Positions 25,893-35,092 of a stretch of 64,000 bases of DNA are shown here, piece after piece. Location of the stretch: the NCBI GenBank assembly GCA_002336915.1, contig DDET01000041.1:9537-73536 (forward strand), read 5' to 3'. Numbering within the stretch: position 1 is the first letter of the stretch; the number at the start of each line of letters is the position of its first letter. The notes below the pieces were generated by a model. It had not been told where the DNA came from. It saw nothing but the letters and a program-made list of their open reading frames with translations, and made no database searches. The translations under genes and the position numbers were made by a program. This DNA comes from Bacteroidetes bacterium UBA1947 (lineage in GTDB: Bacteria > Bacteroidota > Bacteroidia > Chitinophagales > Chitinophagaceae).

Positions 25893-28800
25893 TTATCTCA
25901 ACAGGTTGATATTACCCTGTTTCTCTACTACACCACCTTCGCGCAATGTCACACGCAGTATATACAGGTAAGATTCCGTAGGTTGTGCCTGGCCTTTGAA
26001 AGTACCGTCCCAACCGATAGACTTATCTCTTGATTCAAACACCAGCTGTCCCCACCTGTTGTATATTTTCAGGTCCATTTTTTCTATGCCCGGACCTCTT
26101 ACGTATAGTACATCATTATTGCCATCGCCATTGGGGGTAAATGCCGTAGGTATGTCAGCAATAGGCTGTATCAAAGCACCGACATCTTTACATACAGTAT
26201 CGGGGCAGTTGTCGCTATTATTGGCTATAAGACATACGTTAAATGTTCCAGTCCAATCGTAAAGGCGAATGGGGTCTTTTTCAGTGCTGCTAAGACCATC
26301 GCCGTAGGACCAGTTATAAATGCTTGACCGAACAGACTGATTGGTGAATACTATCGGCTGGTTCTTTTCAGGAGGTACCGGAGCAAAATCAAATGCGGCG
26401 TGCGCATGATACCTCACGTGTACGCTTCCCTTTGCAGTATCGGTACCGTTGCAGGATTGAGGATCTATTGCCACCAGGACGACATTGTAGTCTCCACCTG
26501 TGTCGTAAGTATGGTTAACCAGCCTGGCGGTATCCGTATTGCCATCACCAAAATCCCATAACCATGATTTACCATTCTCTGTTAAGTTATAAAAAGGTAT
26601 CAGGCCATCACCACATACATCGGGATGCGAGAACACTGCCTTGATGGTATAGCTGTTCAACAATACCGTCTTCGTAATCGAGTCTACTTTATTACATGAA
26701 GTGCTGTCCCTTACCACAAGGGTAACATCATAAGAACCCATACCGCCGTAATAATGTATGGGTGGCGTAGTACCGGAATAGTATGTATTATCACCCAGGT
26801 TCCAGAAATATTGACTAGCAGAACTTGTGGCCAGGGAATAATTATCAAATTTAACGCGGTATGGATTACAGCTATCCAGTGTAGTAGGTACAAAATCACT
26901 TTTTACCTGTCCTGAATCAACCCTTATATAAAGGTGAGTTGTATCTTTTGATTTACAGGCAGAAGGGTTACTGCTCTGTGCCACCAAAGTAACTGTGTGT
27001 ATCCCTTTAAGTATAAAGGTGTGCGATGGTGCCGCTACTGTACTTACAGGCGTGTTATCACCAAAATCCCAAACATATGAATCTGCATTTACCGAGTTGT
27101 TATTAAACTGAACAATATAGGGTGAACAACCGGGACTGTCGGGTTGCGCAGATGCTACTGCTGCAACATTGAAAGTGCTGAATGTGACAGTGGTAGTAAA
27201 GGTGTCTATTTTGTTGCAGGTATTTACGTCGGAAGCGATAAGCCGTACAACGTATGTGCCTATTGCGGGATAGGTATGCAGTGGAGGAGTAATGCCTGTA
27301 AATGAAGTAGCATCACCGAAATCCCAATTGAATACTGCCCATGGCGTTATTACAGAAGAAGCATTACCAAACTGTACCGTGTACGGGCCGCAACTATCTA
27401 ATATAGTATAACTAATGTTGGCATTGATATTTGCTGTGTCCACCTTCACATTTACATATGCGGTGTCTTTTGTTTTGCATGCGGAAGGATTGTTGCTTTG
27501 CGCTATCAAGCGGGCTGTATGCAAGCCGAAAATAGTATAGGTATGGCTTGGTGCTGTAAGTGTACTACCCGGTGTGAGGTCACCAAAATCCCAGGTATAT
27601 GAATTAGCATTAACAGAATTATTTACAAACTGCACCAGGAAAGGTGCGCAGCCTTCCGTATCGGGTGTAACGGCAGCTGCTGCTGTAACATCGAAAGTAG
27701 TAAATGCGACTGGTTTGATGATCGTGTCCTTCTTATTGCAGGTCGTGCTATCCGTTACTATGAGCCTTACATTGTAGGTACCTATGGCAGGGAAAGTATG
27801 CAGTGGAGGAGTGGGGCCGTTATAGGTGGTAAGGTCGCCAAAATCCCATGCATATTGGGTTTGTGCAGTAGTGTAAGGGCAAGTTTGCGTAAACTGGGCC
27901 CTGTATGGGTTACAACTATCCGTTACCACAAAAGAAAAATCTGCATAAATATCAGCAGTGTCTATTCGCACATGCAGGTAAGTGGTATCTTTTGATTTGC
28001 AGGCGGAAGGGCTGTTGCTCTGTGCTATTAACCGTACCGTATGCAGGCCTGCTTGTGTATAAACATGTGAGGGCGCAATGGTATTATTGACGGGCGAGCC
28101 ATCACCAAAATCCCAGGTGTACGAAGTAGCGTTGAGAGATGTGTTCTGGAACTGAACGGTGAAGGGTGAACAGCCTGCAGTATCGCCCGCTATCGACGCA
28201 TTTGCATCAACATTGAAAGTAGTGAAGCCAACCGTTTTGATCATGGTATCAATACCTGCACAGAGTGCATTGGGATCAGTACAGATCAGGCGAACTGTAT
28301 AAGTGCCCAGGGTAGCATAGTTATGGACCGGTGGTGTGTGGCCATTGTATGTGGTAAGATCACCAAAATCCCAGGCATATGTGGTAGAAGCGGTGGTGTC
28401 GGACGAAGTGTTAGTAAACCTGGCCCTGTACGGATTACAACTATCCAATACCTGTATCGCAAAATCACTTTGCAGGTTCGTTGTATCCACTGTTATGGTA
28501 AGGTATGTTGTATCGTGGGCGATGCAGGCCGTGGTGCTGGCTGCGGCCAGCATAACGGTAAAAGTACCGCCGGTAGTATAAGTATGTGAAGGAGCAGTTA
28601 AAGTACTGATCGGGGAGCCATCGCCAAAATCCCATACGTATGAGGTAGCACTCGTGGAATTATTTACGAACTGCACATTAAGCGGTGCGCAGCCCTGGAC
28701 AGCAGGGGAACCTGCGGCTACAGCATGCACCGCCATCACATCGAATGATATCTTCATTGTCACCAAGTTATAACCGTCGCCATTGGTGGTACTATACGCG

Positions 28801-30890
28801 GTGGGGGTAACCGGGAAAACCGGGGAACCACAACATATACCCTGGTAGATGATACCTCTCTTATCAAAACGGCTTGTGCCGCCATCTACGTGATCACCAT
28901 TTATCCCATAGTAGGTACCCAGGGATAAGGTGGCCATGTTGGGTGTAAACACAATAAAATAAAATCCTGAGGTGGTGGCCTGCAGTGGATTGGGCGACAA
29001 AGGCATATTAGGTACCGAACCGAAGCCCGACACATATATGTTAGAACAAGAATCGACAAGGAAGGCTGTGGGTGCCAACTGGGTAGCAGTACCATTACCA
29101 AATACTGTTGACACAAGATTTGTGGTAAGATCATTATCCATTTTGATAATGAAGTTGTGCGAATTTGCATTCGAATAAACACCCGGCGAAACCGGGAAGG
29201 AACCATCACTCTGGCCCGTCGCATATACAAAGCCATTTACATCCTGCTGGACGCCGTAACACTGGTCATAAACGGAGGTGCCGACAAAGGTACTCCTCTC
29301 GAACGTGTAATTGCCGCCATTTATGAAACGACAAACAAATCCATCAACGGAGCCACCCTGGTAGCTGGCCTGGTAGGCGCCTACCGAAGCAGGGAAATTG
29401 CTGCTGGTAGTGCCACCGGAAATAAAGATATGGCCTTGGGAATTATCGAGTAAAATATTGTAGACGGCGTCTTCACCGCTGCCACCTATATAGGTGCTCC
29501 AAATTAACGATGACAAGTCGTAATTCATTTTGAAAACCACACCGTCCTGACCGCCTATAAGATTTTGCTGGTAGGCAGTAGCAGCCGTAACAGGAAAATT
29601 GGTTGAGTGTGTATTGCCCGCCACAAGCACATTACCTGCATTGTCGGAGATCACTTCTCCCTTATAAGCATCGCCATAATTATGAGACAGGGGCGAGGTA
29701 TTACCGCCATCCATGGCACTGCCGCCAATATAGGTAGATCCTATCAGCGCTGTGCCGGCGGGATTGAATTTAGTAACAAACAGATCTTGCCCACCGTTAT
29801 TTGTATTGTCGTAAGCAGTGGCCGACGTAGGAAAATTGTTTGAATTAGTAACGCCGGTAACTACTAAGTTACCTGAAGGGTCTACAACTAAACTATGTGG
29901 TTGTTCGCTACTGTTGCCGCCAAGGTAGGTGCCAAATAGCTGGGTGCTGCCGTCAGACGAATATTTGGAGAGGTTCACGTCCACATTCCCCCCGAAAGTG
30001 CTTTGGAAAGCACCTATTGTTACCGGGTATCCGGACCCAAAAACCTCGCCTGCACCATATCCATTACCCTGGTCATCATAAGTGGCAGAAAAACCATAGT
30101 TAGATACCGTGGACCCTGAATAAGTTGCAAAGATGACAGTGGGATCGATGACCAGTGGGAGGGCCCTGTTATAACCATCCGGGAAAAAGTAGTTAACTAC
30201 ATTATCGCCCACTTTATATGCACAGGCCACCTTTTTTCTTTCGCCATTAATTTCCTGGTATGCATACGGCTCCAGTTCTTCAACGGTACGCAAAGAGGTT
30301 TTGATGAACAGCTTGCCATTCTTTGTTTTTACACCATCAGTACCCAGGTATCTCAGCCTGATAAGATTGGGGTCTGCACCCGGAGCTACAGTAAAATCAT
30401 ATGTAAACCTGTGATTGTCGGAACGGAAACGAACATTGACCCCCGGATATATTTCACTATAGTCTACACTTGTAAATGGGTGGATATTGCTCTTCCAATG
30501 CGCAGGATCACTACCCAGGAAGTAGTTATAATATACAGATTGCGGGTCATTGCCGGTCACCTTTGAGGGCTTTTTGGCACCCTCAAAGATCATCTTATAG
30601 GCATGAAATTTCAGTACAGGATCAAGCGTTTTATCATGAATACATTCATGTACTTTTTCTGCGTTAGCCTCATCGCTAAGCACATAGGTTACTCCCGTAT
30701 TTTCCAGGAATATACCCCCATCTTTAACATCAACGTGGTAAAGTGAGGGGTCGATCCATTGACCCTTATTGGCAACAAATTCCAATCCCTTGGACTTGGG
30801 AGCAAAAGTTATCGCATTTTTTGCCGGGGTAGCAAATGCAAAAGTGGAAAGAACCAGGCAAGCCTGTAATACAAAGTATTTTTTCTTCAT
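25893..30890 (-). CDS. Giant secreted protein: N-terminal SBBP-type beta-propeller repeats, about 10 PKD domains, and a gliding-motility-associated / T9SS type-B C-terminal domain
   Basis: Signal peptide present. Has repeated xxSxNFPxTxGAYQ motifs (SBBP), repeated WDFGDG...H.Y...G.Y.V.L PKD motifs, and the C-terminus IPTAFTPNGDGNNDVLYV...IYNRWGQLVFES...WDGTFKGQ. Confidence 0.92.
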   Translation of the reverse strand: MKKKYFVLQACLVLSTFAFATPAKNAITFAPKSKGLEFVANKGQWIDPSLYHVDVKDGGIFLENTGVTYVLSDEANAEKVHECIHDKTLDPVLKFHAYKMIFEGAKKPSKVTGNDPQSVYYNYFLGSDPAHWKSNIHPFTSVDYSEIYPGVNVRFRSDNHRFTYDFTVAPGADPNLIRLRYLGTDGVKTKNGKLFIKTSLRTVEELEPYAYQEINGERKKVACAYKVGDNVVNYFFPDGYNRALPLVIDPTVIFATYSGSTVSNYGFSATYDDQGNGYGAGEVFGSGYPVTIGAFQSTFGGNVDVNLSKYSSDGSTQLFGTYLGGNSSEQPHSLVVDPSGNLVVTGVTNSNNFPTSATAYDNTNNGGQDLFVTKFNPAGTALIGSTYIGGSAMDGGNTSPLSHNYGDAYKGEVISDNAGNVLVAGNTHSTNFPVTAATAYQQNLIGGQDGVVFKMNYDLSSLIWSTYIGGSGEDAVYNILLDNSQGHIFISGGTTSSNFPASVGAYQASYQGGSVDGFVCRFINGGNYTFERSTFVGTSVYDQCYGVQQDVNGFVYATGQSDGSFPVSPGVYSNANSHNFIIKMDNDLTTNLVSTVFGNGTATQLAPTAFLVDSCSNIYVSGFGSVPNMPLSPNPLQATTSGFYFIVFTPNMATLSLGTYYGINGDHVDGGTSRFDKRGIIYQGICCGSPVFPVTPTAYSTTNGDGYNLVTMKISFDVMAVHAVAAGSPAVQGCAPLNVQFVNNSTSATSYVWDFGDGSPISTLTAPSHTYTTGGTFTVMLAAASTTACIAHDTTYLTITVDTTNLQSDFAIQVLDSCNPYRARFTNTSSDTTASTTYAWDFGDLTTYNGHTPPVHNYATLGTYTVRLICTDPNALCAGIDTMIKTVGFTTFNVDANASIAGDTAGCSPFTVQFQNTSLNATSYTWDFGDGSPVNNTIAPSHVYTQAGLHTVRLIAQSNSPSACKSKDTTYLHVRIDTADIYADFSFVVTDSCNPYRAQFTQTCPYTTAQTQYAWDFGDLTTYNGPTPPLHTFPAIGTYNVRLIVTDSTTCNKKDTIIKPVAFTTFDVTAAAAVTPDTEGCAPFLVQFVNNSVNANSYTWDFGDLTPGSTLTAPSHTYTIFGLHTARLIAQSNNPSACKTKDTAYVNVKVDTANINANISYTILDSCGPYTVQFGNASSVITPWAVFNWDFGDATSFTGITPPLHTYPAIGTYVVRLIASDVNTCNKIDTFTTTVTFSTFNVAAVASAQPDSPGCSPYIVQFNNNSVNADSYVWDFGDNTPVSTVAAPSHTFILKGIHTVTLVAQSSNPSACKSKDTTHLYIRVDSGQVKSDFVPTTLDSCNPYRVKFDNYSLATSSASQYFWNLGDNTYYSGTTPPIHYYGGMGSYDVTLVVRDSTSCNKVDSITKTVLLNSYTIKAVFSHPDVCGDGLIPFYNLTENGKSWLWDFGDGNTDTARLVNHTYDTGGDYNVVLVAIDPQSCNGTDTAKGSVHVRYHAHAAFDFAPVPPEKNQPIVFTNQSVRSSIYNWSYGDGLSSTEKDPIRLYDWTGTFNVCLIANNSDNCPDTVCKDVGALIQPIADIPTAFTPNGDGNNDVLYVRGPGIEKMDLKIYNRWGQLVFESRDKSIGWDGTFKGQAQPTESYLYILRVTLREGGVVEKQGNINLLR
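26180..28720 (-). repeat. Intragenic PKD cassette array, with alternating A/B domains forming a super-repeat of about 520 nt
   Basis: The reverse-complement WDFGD signature (atcaccaaaatccca and variants) starts at 28620, 28359, 28101, 27834, 27579, 27312, 27057, 26789, 26544 and 26298. The spacings alternate between about 255-261 and about 267 nt. Confidence 0.8.
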
Positions 30891-31001
30891 ACGCGTAAGT
30901 TAAGCAGGTATATACTACAATATAGACGGGCTTGGTACATTAAGGGTTTGTCAAATTAGTAAATTTGACTGATATAATAAAAAATATCTGTTGAAGCTTG
31001 T

Positions 31002-31493
31002 TTATTTCCTGAGAAAAGCGGTAAAATCGGTTTCGGGTATCTTTTCAAGCCCCATCTGCCGCAGCATTGTTACCAGCTGCCCGCGATGATAGGTGCTATG
31101 ATTGAAAACGTGCTGCAGGGCTTCACATACTGAATTCTTAAATGATTTTTTTTCTGAATTGTAATACTGGAACACATGTTCCAGCGCTTTATCATCGTAT
31201 TGGCGGTCTATAAAGTCTATCAGTACCTGCGATACCTGCTGCCAATCGGTACAAGCTTCTTCAAATGTCCCCTTGAACACATAAGGCATATATACAGGCT
31301 GCTCGGTAAGCTGCAGGCGTTGTAACCAAAGAAATTCTGCTCCCCATATATGGTAAGTGGTGTCCCGGAGTGAGGGAAAGCTGCTTATGATCTCTTTGTC
31401 AAGCTTTTCATCTTCGAGTTTCAACATTACATCTATGAGTCGCTTATTGGCCCACAGATTATACTTTGCCATCTGTAACAATAATTCCTTCAT
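31002..31493 (-). CDS. DinB-family (DinB_2-like) metal-dependent protein
   Basis: YNLWANKRL near the N-terminus and HSTYHRGQL near the C-terminus, the typical DinB four-helix-bundle His motifs. Confidence 0.82.
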   Translation of the reverse strand: MKELLLQMAKYNLWANKRLIDVMLKLEDEKLDKEIISSFPSLRDTTYHIWGAEFLWLQRLQLTEQPVYMPYVFKGTFEEACTDWQQVSQVLIDFIDRQYDDKALEHVFQYYNSEKKSFKNSVCEALQHVFNHSTYHRGQLVTMLRQMGLEKIPETDFTAFLRK

Positions 31494-31531
31494 CTTATAT
31501 CGTAAATTGCAACAAAATTAGCATACCTGCA

Positions 31532-32755
31532 ATGGATGAAGCAAATAATTCACAAGGTTTTGAAACCTTGTGCATTCACGGGGGGCACAAACAGGAAAGC
31601 AACCGTGCGCACCTGACCCCCATATACGCCACAAGCACCTATGCCTTTGACAGTGCCGAGCATGGCGCAGCGCTTTTTAAAGGAGAAGAACAGGGATATA
31701 TCTACGGGCGTTACGGCAATCCCACCATCAGCGAAGCGGAAGAACGCATTGCCCTGATGGAAGCATATGGTCTTAAAGACAGCCAGGGGAATCCCTTGAA
31801 GCTAAAAGCACTCCTGCATTCATCGGGCATGGCTGCTATAACTACCATGTTGTTGAGTAATGTAAAAGCAGGCGATAAAGTAATTACCCACCAATCTTTA
31901 TACGGCGGCACACAGGAAATGATGGATAAAGTACTGCCCGGACTGGGTATTACAGCTATCCAGATGGATTTCAAAGACATCAATAAAGTTGAGGAAGCCA
32001 TAAAAGCTAACCCAGGCATCAGCCTTATGTACCTGGAAACGCCCGCCAACCCTACCCTACAGTGCGTGGACATTGAGCAACTGGCGTCTTTGGGAAAAAC
32101 ATACGAACTGACCGTTTGCGTTGACAATACATTTGCTACACCCTACCTGCAACAGCCATTTAAGTATGATGTGGATTTTGTAATGCACTCCACCACAAAA
32201 TTTCTCAACGGGCATGGCACTGCTATAGGCGGTATAGTGATAGGTCGCGACCTGGAAAAAATGAATACAAAAGTTACCAAGATGTACCGGCTACTGGGTG
32301 GTAACAGTAATGCGTTTGATGCGTTCTTATTGACCAATGGCCTGCGCACTTTCCCCTTGCGTATGGAAAGGCATTGCAGCAATGCTGAACAAGTAGCTAA
32401 TTATTTAACACAGCACCCTGCAGTGGCTCAAGTTAATTACTTAGGCCTGGGCTCCCACCCCGACCATGAACTGGCTAAAAGGCAAATGAAAAATGCGGGT
32501 GCGATGCTAAGCTTTGAACTCAAGGGGGGTTACGATGCGGGGGTAAAATTCATCAACGGTTTGAAAATGTGTGTAAGCGCCACATCGCTCGGTGCATGCG
32601 ATACACTTATCTCCCACCCCGCTTCCACATCGCATGTAGTGGTACCAAGAGAAAAGAGACTGGAATTTGGCATTACTGATGGGCTAATAAGAATGAGTGT
32701 AGGAATAGAAACAGTATCAGATATAATCAACGATTTAGAACAAGCAATCAGCTAA
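31532..32755 (+). CDS. Cys/Met-metabolism PLP-dependent enzyme (methionine gamma-lyase / O-acetylhomoserine sulfhydrylase / cystathionine gamma-synthase family)
   Basis: FETLCIHGG, YGRYGNPT and the Schiff-base lysine context HSTTKFLNGHG. The start was set at MDEANNS (31532) so that it does not overlap dinB. Confidence 0.9.
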   Translation: MDEANNSQGFETLCIHGGHKQESNRAHLTPIYATSTYAFDSAEHGAALFKGEEQGYIYGRYGNPTISEAEERIALMEAYGLKDSQGNPLKLKALLHSSGMAAITTMLLSNVKAGDKVITHQSLYGGTQEMMDKVLPGLGITAIQMDFKDINKVEEAIKANPGISLMYLETPANPTLQCVDIEQLASLGKTYELTVCVDNTFATPYLQQPFKYDVDFVMHSTTKFLNGHGTAIGGIVIGRDLEKMNTKVTKMYRLLGGNSNAFDAFLLTNGLRTFPLRMERHCSNAEQVANYLTQHPAVAQVNYLGLGSHPDHELAKRQMKNAGAMLSFELKGGYDAGVKFINGLKMCVSATSLGACDTLISHPASTSHVVVPREKRLEFGITDGLIRMSVGIETVSDIINDLEQAIS

Positions 32756-32760
32756 TCAAT

Positions 32761-33957
32761 ATGAGTACAGCATATGTTATAGATGCAGTAAGGACACCTA
32801 TCGGAAAATACGGAGGGAGCTTATCAACGGTACGGCCCGACGACTTACTGGCACATGTAATAAAGAAACTAATAGAGCGCAATCCGGGTGTAGATGTAAA
32901 TGCTATTGAAGATGTAATAGCCGGTGCAGCTAATCAATCGGGCGAGGACAACAGGAATGTAGCCCGCATGGCTGCATTGCTGGCAGGCTTGCCAACTACC
33001 GTGGGTGGCAATACTGTGAACCGCCTTTGTGCTTCGGGTCTCCAGGCCATTATGGATGCATCGCGCGCGATAATGTGCGGGGATGGTGACATATACATTG
33101 CGGGTGGTGTGGAGAGTATGACACGCGCTCCCTTTGTAATGCCAAAAGCTGATGGGCCTTTTTCACGAAAGGCAGAAGTGTTTGACACAACGATGGGCTG
33201 GCGTTTTATCAACAGCAAACTAAGCGAGTTGTACCATCCTTATACCATGGGCGAAACTGCTGAAAACGTAGCTGAACAATGGAACGTGACACGCGAAGAG
33301 CAAGACCAATTCGCCTACAACACACAGGAGAAATATGCAGCCGCAGCAGCTTCAGGAAAATTCATTGATGAGATCGTACCCGTGACTGTTGACCTTGGGA
33401 AGGGCAAAACAAATGTCTTTGCAGCAGATGAACATCCCCGCCAATCGACACTCGAAAAGCTTGCAGAACTGAAGCCTGCCTTTAAAAAGAACGGCACAGT
33501 AACAGCCGGCAATTCAAGTGGCATTAATGATGGCGCGGCAGCCCTGTTGCTGGCTTCCGAAGATGCAGTGAAAAAATACGGACTGAAACCGATCGCTAAA
33601 ATAAAATCTATGGCTATTGCAGGAGTAGACCCTGCAGTTATGGGCGTAGGACCTGTGCCGGCTACACTAAAGGCATTGCAACGTGCGGGGCTTGAAGTAG
33701 CTGATCTTGATCTTGTAGAACTAAATGAGGCTTTTGCATCACAAAGTATTGCCTGCATACGCGACCTGGGTTTGGAATCGGCAAAAGTGAATGTGAACGG
33801 CGGCGCAATTGCACTAGGCCACCCATTGGGCTGTAGTGGTGCACGTATCAGTACCACACTCATCTATGAACTGAGGCGCAGGAAAGCTAAATACGGCCTG
33901 GCAACAATGTGCATAGGTGTAGGACAGGGATCGGCTATTATTTATGAAGCGCTGTAG
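32761..33957 (+). CDS. Acetyl-CoA C-acyltransferase (thiolase)
   Basis: Active-site [16 protein letters not shown], and [17 protein letters not shown]. Confidence 0.95.
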   Translation: MSTAYVIDAVRTPIGKYGGSLSTVRPDDLLAHVIKKLIERNPGVDVNAIEDVIAGAANQSGEDNRNVARMAALLAGLPTTVGGNTVNRLCASGLQAIMDASRAIMCGDGDIYIAGGVESMTRAPFVMPKADGPFSRKAEVFDTTMGWRFINSKLSELYHPYTMGETAENVAEQWNVTREEQDQFAYNTQEKYAAAAASGKFIDEIVPVTVDLGKGKTNVFAADEHPRQSTLEKLAELKPAFKKNGTVTAGNSSGINDGAAALLLASEDAVKKYGLKPIAKIKSMAIAGVDPAVMGVGPVPATLKALQRAGLEVADLDLVELNEAFASQSIACIRDLGLESAKVNVNGGAIALGHPLGCSGARISTTLIYELRRRKAKYGLATMCIGVGQGSAIIYEAL

Positions 33958-33981
33958 ATTTTTGTTTTTGACTTTTAACTT

Positions 33982-34977
33982 TTGACTTTGAAGATCGATA
34001 TCCATACACATATAATGCCGGAGCATATCCCTAACTGGTTCGAGAAATTCGGTTACGGGGCATTCATCAGGCTTGAGCATCATAAGCCCTGTTGCGCGCA
34101 GATGATAAAGGGCGACAAGGTGTTCCGGGAGATAGAGCAGAACTGCTGGGATGCCAATGTGCGCACGAAAGAGATGGATATGACCGAAGTAAGTACACAA
34201 GTGCTATCAACCATACCGGTGCTGTTCAATTACTTCGCAAAGCCCGAACATGCTTTGGAAACATCGCGTTTCTTTAACGACCATATAGCACAATGTGTTG
34301 ATCTGCATCCTAAGCGTTTTATAGGACTTGGCACAGTGCCCATGCAGGATGTAGATACCGCAATAAAAGAAATGGAGCGCTGTGTGAAGGAGCTAAAAAT
34401 GCCCGGCATTGAAATTGGCTCTAACATTAATACCACGAACTTAAGCGACCCGACATTTGAACCATTCTGGGAAGCGGCTGAGCAACTTGGCTGCAGTATT
34501 TTTGTGCACCCCTGGGAAATGATGGGCGAGAATGAGATGAGCAAGTATTGGCTGCCATGGCTGGTAGGTATGCCTGCCGAAACCAGTCGCGCTATCTGCT
34601 CTATGATATTTGGTGGCGTATTTGAACGCCATCCAAAACTCAAAGTGGCCTTTGCACATGGCGGCGGCAGTTTCCCCTTTACCATAGGCAGGATAGAACA
34701 TGGCTTTAACGTGCGCCCCGACCTGGTTGCCGTTGATAATAATGTAAATCCCCGCGACTATATAGGCAAATTCTGGATAGACGCATTGGTGCATGACGAC
34801 AAAACGCTCGACTTTGTTGTAGACCTGATGGGCGAGGACAAAGTATGCATGGGTAGCGACTACCCCTTCCCGCTTGGCGAACATCATCCCGGCAAGTTGA
34901 TAGAAAGTATGAGTAGTTTCTCAAAAGAACAAAAGGAAAAACTACTGTACAAAAATGCTATGGACTGGCTTTCTTAA
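33982..34977 (+). CDS. Amidohydrolase-2 family protein (ACMSD-like decarboxylase/hydrolase)
   Basis: KIDIHTHIMP metal-binding motif, FVHPW, and HGGGSFP...GSDYPFP. No ATG is present, so the start is TTG at 33982 or 33988. Confidence 0.85.
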   Translation: MTLKIDIHTHIMPEHIPNWFEKFGYGAFIRLEHHKPCCAQMIKGDKVFREIEQNCWDANVRTKEMDMTEVSTQVLSTIPVLFNYFAKPEHALETSRFFNDHIAQCVDLHPKRFIGLGTVPMQDVDTAIKEMERCVKELKMPGIEIGSNINTTNLSDPTFEPFWEAAEQLGCSIFVHPWEMMGENEMSKYWLPWLVGMPAETSRAICSMIFGGVFERHPKLKVAFAHGGGSFPFTIGRIEHGFNVRPDLVAVDNNVNPRDYIGKFWIDALVHDDKTLDFVVDLMGEDKVCMGSDYPFPLGEHHPGKLIESMSSFSKEQKEKLLYKNAMDWLS

Positions 34978-34985
34978 AAGAAAAA

Positions 34986-35036
34986 ATCCCCTGCTTATAT
35001 TTCGGATCATTGAAAGCAGGGGATTCTTGTAATCTT
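34986..35036. terminator. Long-loop hairpin between convergent genes
   Basis: aatcccctgct...agcaggggatt is an 11-bp stem with a 29-nt loop. A run of T follows on the minus strand, so it would serve the receptor gene. Confidence 0.4.
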
Positions 35037-35092
35037 GCTGCAGAATGCAGCGCCTTTGGTTAAAATATAGGAGGGAAATTTAAAACAAAATA

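Noticed and set aside
31466-31531. An upstream extension of the PLP-enzyme ORF that overlaps the start of dinB
   Set aside because: It would overlap the divergent dinB coding start by 28 nt. The internal ATG at 31532 yields the expected N-terminus preceding FETLCIHGG.
33814-34200. A 128-aa minus-strand ORF spanning the thiolase/amidohydrolase junction
   Set aside because: It overlaps the ends of two confidently assigned plus-strand genes and has no recognisable motif.
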